A stretch of 64,000 nt of DNA from Alphaproteobacteria bacterium (GTDB lineage: Bacteria; Pseudomonadota; Alphaproteobacteria; MPNO01; UBA830), in assembly GCA_964291215.2 (NCBI GenBank), contig OZ219790.1:2112001-2176000 (forward strand), given 5' to 3'. Below are positions 11,402-21,036 of the stretch, piece after piece. Numbering within the stretch: the first letter of the stretch is position 1; every line of letters starts with the position of its first letter. The position numbers and the translations under genes were made by a program. Below the pieces are notes generated by a model that worked only from the letters and a program-made list of their open reading frames with translations, did no database searches and was not told where the DNA came from.

Positions 11402-11788
11402 ATGCAGGTACAGTTCGAAAACGGCGACGTGACCCGGATCAGGGGTTATCACGCCCATGTCTATTACGGCGACGACGACGATGCCCGGGAGAGGGCGGCC
11501 CGCCTGCGGGAAAGTCTGTGGAACAGGTGGCCGGACCAGGTTCGCATGGGCCGATTTCGCGACCGGCCGGTCGGACCGCATCCTCTCGACATGTACCAAG
11601 TCGAGTTCGCTGCCGAACTGTTCACCGAGATCATACCGTGGCTGATGTTCAACCGCGACGGCCTGAACATCCTGATCCATCCGGAAGCCGGCAACGCCTG
11701 GCGCGACCACGCGTGGTATCCGCTATGGCTCGGAGAGAGTCTGGATCTGCGGCTGGACTGGCTGGCTGACGGCAACCGGTCCGCCTGA
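11402..11788 (+). CDS. DOPA 4,5-dioxygenase family protein
   Basis: YHAHVYY, PVGPHP, LIHP..DH..WLG. Confidence 0.9.
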   Translation: MQVQFENGDVTRIRGYHAHVYYGDDDDARERAARLRESLWNRWPDQVRMGRFRDRPVGPHPLDMYQVEFAAELFTEIIPWLMFNRDGLNILIHPEAGNAWRDHAWYPLWLGESLDLRLDWLADGNRSA

Positions 11789-11825
11789 ACCGGAAGTTCT
11801 CCGGCCGGACGTTGCGGCCGGGCCG

Positions 11826-14048
11826 TCAGGCCGGCTGGGCCTCTGCATCCCCGTCAGCTCCCCCGGGATGATCTTCCGGCCCGGCGTCCGATCCGGACCC
11901 CTCTGGCAGTTCCAGCGGCAGTTCGACGACAAATTCGGTGAATTCGCCGGCTTCGGATTCGACATGGATCGTGCCGCCGTGTTCCCGCACGATATCGTTG
12001 GAGAGCGCCAGCCCGAGCCCGGTGCCCTTGTCCGTGGGCTTAGTCGTGAAGAACGGGTTGAAGATCTTCTCGATGACCTCCGGTGGAATTCCGTTTCCGT
12101 TGTCCCGCACCTTGAACAGCACCCGATCGCCTTCGCGTTTCGTCGTCAGCCACATTGTTGGCGCAAACGGCGTTCCGTCGGCACCGGCCGTCCCGCCGTC
12201 CAGCATGCGGCGCTTCTGGTCGGCGGCATAGCAGGCATTGCTGACAAGGTTGAGGAAAACCCGACCGATCTCCTGCGACACGACACTCAGCTCGCCGACC
12301 TCGGGATCGAAATCCTCGTTGATGGTCAGCTGGAACTCGGAATCGGTTGCGCGGGCACTGTGATAGGCCAGCCGCGCGTGCTCTTCGAACAGGTCGTTGA
12401 CCTTGGTAATCTGCCGTTCGCCGGATCCACGGCCCATCTTGAGCATGTCATGGACGATGCGGTCGGCGCGGTCGCCATGTGAATGAATGAGCCTGAGGTT
12501 CTCCTGAAGGTCGCCCTCGATCTCACGCACCATCGAGCGATCGTCCTCTTCCATCTGCTCGACCTTGTCGCGGATCATCTCGTCAAGCTCCTCCAGGAGT
12601 TCCATCGAAACTTCGGAGAAGTTCTTCACGAAGTTCAGCGGGTTCTTGATCTCGTGCGCGACACCGGCCGTCAGCTCGCCGAGCGCGGCAAGCTTCTCCC
12701 GGACAACGATCTGGTCCTGTGCCTTGCCCAGGTCGGCGAGCGCGGTTTCCAGGCTGTCGTTCTTCTGCTGAAGCTCCTTGGCCAGCTCCTGCACGAGGTC
12801 GAGCCGCTGCGCGTCGAGCGAGCGGCGGCGGAAGATCTCGAGCGCCGAAGCCATTTCCGCAACCTCGTCGCGGCCCTGGACGACCACCACCTCCTCCAGC
12901 TTGCCCTGGGCCATCTGCCGCATGCGCCTGGACAGGTCGTCGAGACGGCGAATCAGGCTGCGGCCGACCAGAAGCCAGGCGATGACGATAGCGCCGACGA
13001 TCGCGATGCCGTTGAGAATGAGCAGGAGCTGCTGGCCTAGGACCATCGTCCGCTTGGATGCGACGGTCGCTTCGGCCACGCTGGCGCGAGACGCTTCGAC
13101 CAGCACCTCAACCTCGGCCGCGAGAGCTGCTGCCTGCTCCCTGTTGCGAACCAGTATCTCCCGTTCACGGGCGGCGAGCCTGAGCTCGCTGCCGCGAAGG
13201 TCGAATCCTCCTCTCTCGCCAATGGCGAGACTCAGGAGCTGGTCGAACAGGGGCGCCACCTCCGACCGCACCGCGGAGTCGTCGAGGACGACAAGATTAC
13301 GCTCCACACGTTTCGCGTTCGCCTCGAAACGCTCGCGAAGGGGCTCGAGCAGATCCACATCGGACAGGCTGTAGGCGTTGACCAGGATCTGCGTGCCGAT
13401 GGCGGCGCTCGACTGCAGTTCGGCGAGCAACCGATAACGATTGAATTCCCGTTCCCTGAACTCAGCCGTGAGATCTGCCGGCGGCCGGCCCCTGTCCAAA
13501 TAGCCGGTCGACGCAAAAAAGAACTGCGTATCGATGACCGGCAGCAGTATCCGCGAGAACTCCGTCTGAAGATACTCGAGCTGCCACCTCAGGGCTTCGC
13601 TCCGCTGCGCAAGGTCGAAGCGCTGGATCACAGACTGCTCGATAGCGCCGATATTGGAGATCAGCACCTCTCCGCTCCTGCGGATGCGGCTGACGCCCTC
13701 CGGATCGACGCCGAGGCGGACCAGGGCCTCGAGATTCTCGTCGAGGCCACGGCGCGCCGTGCTGATATCGATGATGGCGCTGGCCATCTCCTCCGGCGAC
13801 GACGCCGTCGTCAGGCGTGGCGCGGCGTCGACAAGGGCGCCGATGTGGCGCGCAACGCCGAACGCAGCCGCCATCTCCGGCACGCTCAGCTCGTTGACAC
13901 GCACCTGCGCGTCCTCAACCTCGCCAAAAGAGAGCCAGGCCACGAGACTCGCGACCATGGTCAGCGCCACCGCCGAACCCAGCCCGAGATACAGGCGGAC
14001 CGAGATGCGGTGGCGCCACCGTCCCACACCCGCCAGCCGTTCCGTCAT
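11826..14048 (-). CDS. sensor histidine kinase (large periplasmic helical sensor, HAMP, HisKA, HATPase)
   Basis: Two TM segments, AHEIKNPLNF H-box, DNGNGIP, FFTTK, GTGLGL. Confidence 0.95.
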   Translation of the reverse strand: MTERLAGVGRWRHRISVRLYLGLGSAVALTMVASLVAWLSFGEVEDAQVRVNELSVPEMAAAFGVARHIGALVDAAPRLTTASSPEEMASAIIDISTARRGLDENLEALVRLGVDPEGVSRIRRSGEVLISNIGAIEQSVIQRFDLAQRSEALRWQLEYLQTEFSRILLPVIDTQFFFASTGYLDRGRPPADLTAEFREREFNRYRLLAELQSSAAIGTQILVNAYSLSDVDLLEPLRERFEANAKRVERNLVVLDDSAVRSEVAPLFDQLLSLAIGERGGFDLRGSELRLAAREREILVRNREQAAALAAEVEVLVEASRASVAEATVASKRTMVLGQQLLLILNGIAIVGAIVIAWLLVGRSLIRRLDDLSRRMRQMAQGKLEEVVVVQGRDEVAEMASALEIFRRRSLDAQRLDLVQELAKELQQKNDSLETALADLGKAQDQIVVREKLAALGELTAGVAHEIKNPLNFVKNFSEVSMELLEELDEMIRDKVEQMEEDDRSMVREIEGDLQENLRLIHSHGDRADRIVHDMLKMGRGSGERQITKVNDLFEEHARLAYHSARATDSEFQLTINEDFDPEVGELSVVSQEIGRVFLNLVSNACYAADQKRRMLDGGTAGADGTPFAPTMWLTTKREGDRVLFKVRDNGNGIPPEVIEKIFNPFFTTKPTDKGTGLGLALSNDIVREHGGTIHVESEAGEFTEFVVELPLELPEGSGSDAGPEDHPGGADGDAEAQPA

Positions 14049-15253
14049 TGCGCGCCTCCGGTCCCTGACCCGGGCGGGTAGCGCCTCTGCAGCTGAGCAA
14101 CCGGATGGTACCGGCCGTCCGCCCCGATCACGGTCAGGAAGACGTCATCCGATCCCTGGTTGTCACGCGGACCGAAATCGATCACGAATCCGTCGAGATC
14201 GATCGATCCTCCACCGCGCAGGCCGGTCAGGAAGCAGGCACGTGTGAGCGTGCGGCCGCAACGCTCGAGGCCCGCCAGGGCGAGACGTCCGGCAAGGTAG
14301 CCCTCGAGGGAAACGAAGCCGGGTGCGGCGTCCGGGCTGTGCGACGTCAGGGCGCGCCGGTACCGGACCACCACGGGCGGCGCGTCCGCGGCCGGGTACG
14401 GCATCACTTGGGTGACATAGACCCCGATCCCGTCCGCGCCGAGCGTACGCGCAAGCGCATTGCTGCCAACAAACGAAATCGTCATGAAGACCGGATTGAA
14501 ACCGATCGTGCGCGACCACGAGATCAATTCCGCCACCGGCCTGTAAGCGCCGACCAGCACCACGGCGTCGGGCGCCCCGCGGCGGAGATCGAGGAGCCCG
14601 GTTCTCACCGCCAGCGTATTGCGCGGATACACGCCGAGGGATGCCGGCTTCATGCCGCGACGTTCAAGGGCGAGCCTGACACCGTTGTAGCCAGCCTGGC
14701 CGAAGGAGTCATCCTGGTACATCACCGCAATCCGCGTGATGTCAAGATCGCGGATCAGGCGGCTGACCATTTCCTCCGTTTCCTGGTAATAGGAGGCGCG
14801 CAGGTTGACGACATCGCCGGCTGCAGCATCGCGCAGGAAGGCGGCCCCGGTGAACGGCGCGATGTACGGCACGCCCGCTTCGCGCGCAACGGGCGTCGCT
14901 GAACGCGATGTCGGGGTGCCAACTGCCCCGATCAGGGCAAAGACCCTGATCTGCTCTATCAATTCACGGGTATTGGCGATCGCGGCCTCAGGTTCATAGC
15001 CGTCATCGAGCGACCTCAGCTCGATGAGGCGGCCGTGGACCCCGCCGGCTGCGTTGGCTTCGGCAAACGCAGCCTCGATGCCGAGTCTCATGTTGCGCCC
15101 GAGATCCCCGGCCGGGCCCGAGAAGGCGGCCGACTGGCCGAACAGGACGCGCTGGTCGCTGACGCCGTTTTCGTCGGCGCGCACACCGGCCGCCGCCGAG
15201 ACGACCAGACCTGCAAGGACGGCAAGCGCGGCCGGACGGAAGGCCGGGATCAT
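14045..15253 (-). CDS. periplasmic binding protein, branched-chain amino acid (type 1) family
   Basis: Signal peptide, GQSAAFSGPA, NAAGGVHGR, DDGYEP; 4-nt overlap with kinase gene. Confidence 0.9.
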   Translation of the reverse strand: MIPAFRPAALAVLAGLVVSAAAGVRADENGVSDQRVLFGQSAAFSGPAGDLGRNMRLGIEAAFAEANAAGGVHGRLIELRSLDDGYEPEAAIANTRELIEQIRVFALIGAVGTPTSRSATPVAREAGVPYIAPFTGAAFLRDAAAGDVVNLRASYYQETEEMVSRLIRDLDITRIAVMYQDDSFGQAGYNGVRLALERRGMKPASLGVYPRNTLAVRTGLLDLRRGAPDAVVLVGAYRPVAELISWSRTIGFNPVFMTISFVGSNALARTLGADGIGVYVTQVMPYPAADAPPVVVRYRRALTSHSPDAAPGFVSLEGYLAGRLALAGLERCGRTLTRACFLTGLRGGGSIDLDGFVIDFGPRDNQGSDDVFLTVIGADGRYHPVAQLQRRYPPGSGTGGAQ

Positions 15254-16893
15254 TCGCGCCTCCGTTTGACCAGCACCAGGTAATTCTTGTCGTGTTCGCG
15301 CCGGTAGCGGATTTCATCCATCAGCTCGCGTACGAGGTGCACTCCAAGTCCGCCGATCTTGCGATCCTCGATCGAGGATTCGGTGTCGGGTGCCAGCGCA
15401 TCCTGAAGGGGATCGAAGGGCTTTCCGTCATCGATGATCTCGATCGTGAGCGACTCGGGGCTCGACGTCAGCGAGATGTCGACCTCGTGAATCTCGTCGT
15501 CGTCATGACCGTGATTGATGACGTTCATGAGCACTTCCTCAAGCGAGAGCTTGACCTGGAAGATGATGTCCGTCGGCAGTTCCTCCTGTTCGCCCAGCAC
15601 ATCGACGGTATCCAGAAGGCGTTCGACCTCTTCGACCCTCGTCTCGAAGGAGAATGACTGATGGGTCACCCGACCAGTCGGCTCGGCCGCGCCTTCCGCA
15701 ACGGCAGGGTGGTCGTCGGCACCGGCTTCTGCCGCGTCCTGGGTCCGCATCAGGGTGATGCAGGTAATGTCGTCCGACTGGTGGTGGTCTCCGGCGAACG
15801 CATGCACGGCTTCGAACACGGCCGCGTTCGCGGCCCTGGCGTCCGCAACCGCACGCCCGGCAAACAGGTCGAACAGGCGCTCGAGCCCGAACTGTTCGCC
15901 GTCGGCTTTCTCCGCCTCCGTCACGCCGTCGGTAAAGAGCACGACGAAATCGCCGGGACTAAGCGAGATGCTGGCGGTCCCGTACGGCATGTCGTCCATC
16001 ACGCCGAGCGCGATTCCCTCGGTTGTCGACAGTTCCTCGCTGTTGCCATCGGCACGCACGATCACCGGCGGGTTGTGACCGCCGTTCGAATAGGTGAGGA
16101 GCCCCGTGGCGGGGTCGTAGATGCCGTAGAAGACGGTGACGAACATCGCCGCATTGTTATCCTCGACGAGCAGGTTGTTGACCTCGCGAAGGACCTCGCC
16201 CGGACTATCGAGGCCGATTGCCGCACCCTTCAGGAGCGTACGGCTCGTCATCATGAACATGGCAGCATGCACGCCCTTGTCGGAGACATCGGCAACGGCG
16301 AGGCCGATCCGGCCGTGTTCGAGATTGACGACATCGAAGAAATCGCCGCCCACCTCCTTGGCCGGCAGCATGCTGGCAAATACGTCATGGTTGGGGCCCG
16401 TCGGAAAAGTCGTCGTCAGGATCGACTGCTGCATCTGGCTGGCGACATCGAGTTCCTGCTGCAACGCGACCAGCCTGTCGCGCGAAGCCAGCGCCTCGCG
16501 CCACACTTTCATGTTGCTCAGCGTGCGCTCGATCGTGATGCGCATGTCCTCGAAGTCTATCGGCTTGGTGATGAAGTCGAAGGCGCCGCGGTTCATTGCC
16601 GTGCGTATGTTCTTCATGTCGCCGTAGGCGGAGACGATGACCGCGCGGATATCGGAATCGGCGCGCTGGATCTGCTCGAGAAGTGCAAGGCCGTCCATTC
16701 GCGGCATGTTTATGTCCGACAGCACCATGTCGATATCATCGTGTTCCTGAAGGCGTTCGAGCGCCTCGATGCCGTCATGCGCAAAATAGAACTTGTACTG
16801 GCCTTCGCGGATGTCGCGCCGCATGCGCTGGCGCACCAGTCGCTCAAGATCGGGCTCATCGTCCACCACGAGGATACCGTGAGACTCGGTCAT
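15250..16893 (-). CDS. REC + SpoIIE/PP2C phosphatase + RsbW-like HATPase fusion
   Basis: VVDDEP..SDINMP REC; VGGDFFD, ADVSDKG, FTDGVTEA, DDIT; NVINHG..DDGKPFDP..GGLGVHLV. Confidence 0.92.
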   Translation of the reverse strand: MTESHGILVVDDEPDLERLVRQRMRRDIREGQYKFYFAHDGIEALERLQEHDDIDMVLSDINMPRMDGLALLEQIQRADSDIRAVIVSAYGDMKNIRTAMNRGAFDFITKPIDFEDMRITIERTLSNMKVWREALASRDRLVALQQELDVASQMQQSILTTTFPTGPNHDVFASMLPAKEVGGDFFDVVNLEHGRIGLAVADVSDKGVHAAMFMMTSRTLLKGAAIGLDSPGEVLREVNNLLVEDNNAAMFVTVFYGIYDPATGLLTYSNGGHNPPVIVRADGNSEELSTTEGIALGVMDDMPYGTASISLSPGDFVVLFTDGVTEAEKADGEQFGLERLFDLFAGRAVADARAANAAVFEAVHAFAGDHHQSDDITCITLMRTQDAAEAGADDHPAVAEGAAEPTGRVTHQSFSFETRVEEVERLLDTVDVLGEQEELPTDIIFQVKLSLEEVLMNVINHGHDDDEIHEVDISLTSSPESLTIEIIDDGKPFDPLQDALAPDTESSIEDRKIGGLGVHLVRELMDEIRYRREHDKNYLVLVKRRRE

Positions 16894-17048
16894 GCTTCCC
16901 GCCCCATATCTTGTATGCGCCAACGGCGCTTTCGGACGCAGCGGTGAACCCCGCGGCGGCGAGCGTCGCGGCCCGGGTTCCGGTGCCACCGCATCTTCCC
17001 CAGACGAGACCGTGATTGTCAAGGGCTGCGCGACCGGACGCGCACGGA

Positions 17049-17435
17049 TCAGCCCTTCGGCAGCGCCCGATCGATGATGGTCCGCAGGTGTTCGAAATCT
17101 ATGGGCTTGGTCAGGAAGTCGTAGGCGCCGAGATCCATCGCGTTCCTGATGTTCTGGTCGTCGCCGTAGGCCGAGACGATGACCGCGTGGATCCCGGGAG
17201 CGACGTCCGGGAGGTGCTTGAGGAGCGTGAGCCCGTCCATCTCAGGCATGTTGATGTCGGACAGAACTAGGGAGATACCGCCTTCCTCGGCGAGGCGTTC
17301 TAGCGCCTCAACGCCGTCATGGGCAAAAACGAACACATAGCGGCCGGCGCGGATCTCGCGCCGCATGCGCTGGCGCACCAGCCGTTCGAGATCGGGCTCG
17401 TCGTCGACCATGAGAATGCAAGGACTCTCTGCCAT
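17049..17435 (-). CDS. single-domain response regulator
   Basis: MVDDEP, SDINMPEMDG, FLTKP. Confidence 0.9.
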   Translation of the reverse strand: MAESPCILMVDDEPDLERLVRQRMRREIRAGRYVFVFAHDGVEALERLAEEGGISLVLSDINMPEMDGLTLLKHLPDVAPGIHAVIVSAYGDDQNIRNAMDLGAYDFLTKPIDFEHLRTIIDRALPKG

Positions 17436-17469
17436 CTCTCTTCCCCCAGCCTGTGCCGCGCGCACCAGT

Positions 17470-20400
17470 CTAGCGCTCATCGACCGGCCCCACCAGCGCT
17501 TCGAACTGTCGCGTTACCTCGAGGGCTGTATCGGCCATCACGCCCCTCAGGGTGTCGAAATCGGCGATCCCGCAAGCGCGGCTGATCGCCCGCTTCAGCC
17601 CCGGCGTCGCCCGATTCTCGACGAACTCGCCGCCCACGGTCAAGCGGAGGATGCCCTGCAGGTTGCGCCACAGCAGGGCGGCGGTGGCGAGGCGCTCCGC
17701 GACTCCGGGATCGATCAGGCTCCGGCTGCCAGCGGCCTCCAGTACCGCTACGGGATCGCGCACGAGGATCTCCGGACTGGCAGCCCCGTGACGCAGCTGC
17801 AGGTACTGGGCGATGAACTCCACATCCACCAGCCCGCCGCGCATGTGCTTGATGTCCCATGGCCCGCCGCCGCCATGCTCGCGCCAGATGCGCGTGCGCA
17901 TTCCGGTCACCGCCAGCATCAGCTCCTCCGGATCCCGCTCCTGAGTGAGAACCTCGCGGATCACGTCATCGAGCCGTTCGCCAAGGTCTCCCGCGGCGTG
18001 AAGGACACGGGCCCGGGTCAGCGCCTGATGCTCCCATATCCACGCGTCGGTTTCCTGATAGCGCGCGAAGGACTCGAAGGAGGTGGCGATCGGGCCCGAA
18101 TTCCCGGTCGGGCGGAGCCGCATGTCGACCTCGTAGAGCTTGCCGTCGGCGGTCGGAGAGGTGACGGCGCTGATGAACCGGCGGCACAGCTGGGCGTAAT
18201 ACTGGCTCGGCGCCAACGGCCGGTTGCCATCCGACGAGCCGCACGCGGGATCGTGGTCGTAGACGAAGAGCAGGTCGAGGTCCGAGCCGACCGTCAACTC
18301 GCGGCTGCCGAGCTTGCCGAGCGCAAGGAGGGCGATCCTGCCGCCGGCGATCCTGCCGTGGCGCTGCGCGAAGTCGCGCTCGACGAAAGGCAGCAACGCG
18401 ACGAGGCAGGACTGGGCGATGGCCGACAGCGGCGAGCCGGCCTCGGCCGGCGCGAACAAGCCGCGCAGCATGTGAACGCCGAGGCGGAACACGCGATCGT
18501 GGGCCCAGCGGCGCTCAAGGTCCATGAAGTCCTGCAGATCGCGCGCCTCGCCGGCGACGACCGCAAGCTCGGCCGCCATCTCGTCAAGGCCGAATTCGCG
18601 CGCGTAATAGAGGCGGATCAGGCCACGGCGGGCGTCGTCGGCGACCGCGGCGTCGAGATCCTCGCTGTCGGGCACATCGAGATCGGAGAAGTCCCGGGCG
18701 AGCACGCTGTCGAGCAGCGCCGGGCGGTGGCTGAGCCACTCGGCAAGGCCCGGGGCCGAACCCATGATCTCGGCGACCAGGTCGAGAAGGCCGGGATTGG
18801 ACATGAACACGGAGAAGACCTGTATGCCGGCCGGCAGGCGCGCGAGGAACTGGTCGAAATGCAGGATCGCGGCATCGGGGTCGAGCGTCCCCGAAAACGC
18901 CTCGAGGACCGCCGGCACGAGCTCGGTCAGCAGTTCCCGCGCCCGCGTGCTCCGCGTCGAGCGGTAGCGGCCGGCATGCCATGCCCGCACCAGCGACGAA
19001 ACGCGCTCCGCATCCTCGTAGCCCATGGCGGCAATCGTCTCGAGGGTGTCGGGATCGTGATCGCCGCCGGTGAAGACCAGGTTGCCCGGCCCCGCGAGGT
19101 CGGGCTCGTCTTCGAACAGACGCGCATAATGGTGTTCGACCGTCTCCAGCCGCGTGCGCAGCGCCGCCGAGAAGGCGTCCACCGAATCATGGCCCGCGAA
19201 CGCCGCAAGGCGCCCGAGTTCGCCCGCCTCCTCGGGCACGCTGTGGGTCTGGCGGTCGTCAACCATCTGCAGGCGGTGCTCAAGCCGGCGCAGGAACCCG
19301 TACGCCTCCTTGAGATCCTCTGCAGTCCGCCGCTGCACCTGACCGGTGGCGACCAGCCGGTCGAGGGCCTCGACGGTCCCGCGCACGCGCAGGCGGGGAT
19401 CTCGACCGCCCCATATGAGCTGCTGAGTCTGCGCGAAAAACTCGATCTCGCGGATGCCACCGCGGCCAAGCTTCACGTTGTGTCCGGCGATCGCGATCGC
19501 CGAACTGCCGCGGTGAGCGTTGATCTGGCGCTTGATGGAATGGATGTCCTGGATGGCCGCGAAGTCGAGATGACGGCGCCACATGAAGGGGCGCAGGTAG
19601 TCGAGGAACTCGAGGGCTCTCTCGATGTCGCCGGCGACCGGCTGCGCCTTGATCATGGCGGCGCGTTCCCAGTTCTGGCCCGCGCTCTCATAATACATCT
19701 CGGCCGCCCGCACCGACAGCGCTGGCGCCGTCGATCCAGGGTCGGGGCGCAGGCGCAGGTCGGTGCGGAACACGTAACCGTCGGCGGTGCGCTCGTCGAG
19801 CAGCACGACGAGGTTGCGCGCAAACCGGGTGAAGACCTGCTGGACCCTGTCTTCGTCGACACCGGGCAGCCGGTCCGGATCGTAGAGGATAATGAGATCG
19901 ATATCGCTCGAATAGTTGAGCTCGCGAGCCCCGAGCTTGCCCATGCCGAGCACGATCAGCCCGGATCCCCTCTCCGGATCCTCCGGATGCGGCAGTTCGA
20001 AGCGGCCGGCATCGTGGAGTTCGCGAAGCAGGAAGCGGCAAGCGGCGCTAAGCGCCGCCCCGGCGAGGTCGGACAAAGCACCGGTGACCTTCTCGAGCGA
20101 CCACGCCGAGGCGATGTCGGCCATCCCTATCGCGAGCGCGGCCTGGCGCTTGACGAGGCGGAGCCGCTTCATGACGGTGGCCTTCGATTGTGGGCCGGTC
20201 GCGGTGTCGTCCTTGAGGGCAGAAAGCGCAATGGCCAAGGCTTCGTCGGGTCCGGCCTCCAGCAACAGTCGGGCGAAATCAAGGTCGGCAGTCAAGCTGC
20301 GGCTCAGATAGGTGCTGTTGCCGAAGACCGAACGGAGCAGTGCCGCCGCGGCCGGGTCAGCGACGGCCTCGGCAGCGAAAGCCGCGATGTCTTCGTCGTC

Positions 20401-20577
20401 GGTGCGCGCCGCGGCGTCGTGCCACTGTCCGAGATGGAGTTCGAGAGCCTCGGGATTGCCGGCAGAAGGCAGCGCCTCGCCGCCGCCCCATGTCCCTGAT
20501 AGCTTCACCGACTTCGCCTCGCCGACCCGATCCGTCGCGGACCGCGTGCCCGTCGGCGCCGCCTCCCGCTTCTGCAA
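17470..20577 (-). CDS. glnE: bifunctional glutamine synthetase adenylyltransferase/deadenylyltransferase
   Basis: GMGKLGARELNYSSDIDL, DLRLRPDP, KLGRGGIREIEF, second GKLGSREL..SDLDL domain; exact start uncertain. Confidence 0.95.
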   Translation of the reverse strand: MQKREAAPTGTRSATDRVGEAKSVKLSGTWGGGEALPSAGNPEALELHLGQWHDAAARTDDEDIAAFAAEAVADPAAAALLRSVFGNSTYLSRSLTADLDFARLLLEAGPDEALAIALSALKDDTATGPQSKATVMKRLRLVKRQAALAIGMADIASAWSLEKVTGALSDLAGAALSAACRFLLRELHDAGRFELPHPEDPERGSGLIVLGMGKLGARELNYSSDIDLIILYDPDRLPGVDEDRVQQVFTRFARNLVVLLDERTADGYVFRTDLRLRPDPGSTAPALSVRAAEMYYESAGQNWERAAMIKAQPVAGDIERALEFLDYLRPFMWRRHLDFAAIQDIHSIKRQINAHRGSSAIAIAGHNVKLGRGGIREIEFFAQTQQLIWGGRDPRLRVRGTVEALDRLVATGQVQRRTAEDLKEAYGFLRRLEHRLQMVDDRQTHSVPEEAGELGRLAAFAGHDSVDAFSAALRTRLETVEHHYARLFEDEPDLAGPGNLVFTGGDHDPDTLETIAAMGYEDAERVSSLVRAWHAGRYRSTRSTRARELLTELVPAVLEAFSGTLDPDAAILHFDQFLARLPAGIQVFSVFMSNPGLLDLVAEIMGSAPGLAEWLSHRPALLDSVLARDFSDLDVPDSEDLDAAVADDARRGLIRLYYAREFGLDEMAAELAVVAGEARDLQDFMDLERRWAHDRVFRLGVHMLRGLFAPAEAGSPLSAIAQSCLVALLPFVERDFAQRHGRIAGGRIALLALGKLGSRELTVGSDLDLLFVYDHDPACGSSDGNRPLAPSQYYAQLCRRFISAVTSPTADGKLYEVDMRLRPTGNSGPIATSFESFARYQETDAWIWEHQALTRARVLHAAGDLGERLDDVIREVLTQERDPEELMLAVTGMRTRIWREHGGGGPWDIKHMRGGLVDVEFIAQYLQLRHGAASPEILVRDPVAVLEAAGSRSLIDPGVAERLATAALLWRNLQGILRLTVGGEFVENRATPGLKRAISRACGIADFDTLRGVMADTALEVTRQFEALVGPVDER

Positions 20578-20659
20578 TCCTAACCGCCGACAGCGGCGTT
20601 GTCAGCCGCCTGACCGCCACCGCCATTTCCTGCGCCCAGCGTTGGGGTAACCCAGAGTC

Positions 20660-20777
20660 CGTCACGAAACAAGCGCGTCTGTGTTGGGTGTTTGCAAGAG
20701 TGAATAGTTCCACTTGTCCCGGAGTTTTGCGCGCTTGATGTCGAGGGCTTTTATCTCGGCATCGTCGACCTTAATGT
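20660..20777 (-). pseudogene. ISAzo13-like transposase 3' remnant
   Basis: IKVDDAEIKALDIKRAKLRDKWNYSL resembles the family C-terminus. Confidence 0.55.
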
Positions 20778-21036
20778 CCCCGTTCCATAGTGAAGTGCGA
20801 CACATGATGGGCTGTGACCATGTGTTTTTAGACGCATGATGTTGCGAAGCGGTAGCGGCGAGAGTTCCTGTACAAGATGAAGGGCACCTGTTCACGTCCA
20901 AAGGCTACCGTCACCTACGAAGAACGATGCCAGATTGAGGCAGAAAAGCGGTCTTTCACGAGGTGCGATTGCTCAGTAGCTGGGCCGTGACCGATCAACA
21001 ATTTTCTGGGAGATCAAGCGCAACGCTGGGGGACGG
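20778..21036 (+). mobile_element. IS30-family left end, interrupted by ISAs1
   Basis: Matches 5' end of the copy at 28179; IS30 sequence resumes briefly at 22824. Confidence 0.85.

Noticed and set aside
17365-20499. 1044-aa plus-strand ORF
   Set aside because: Antisense shadow of glnE in high-GC DNA; no motifs
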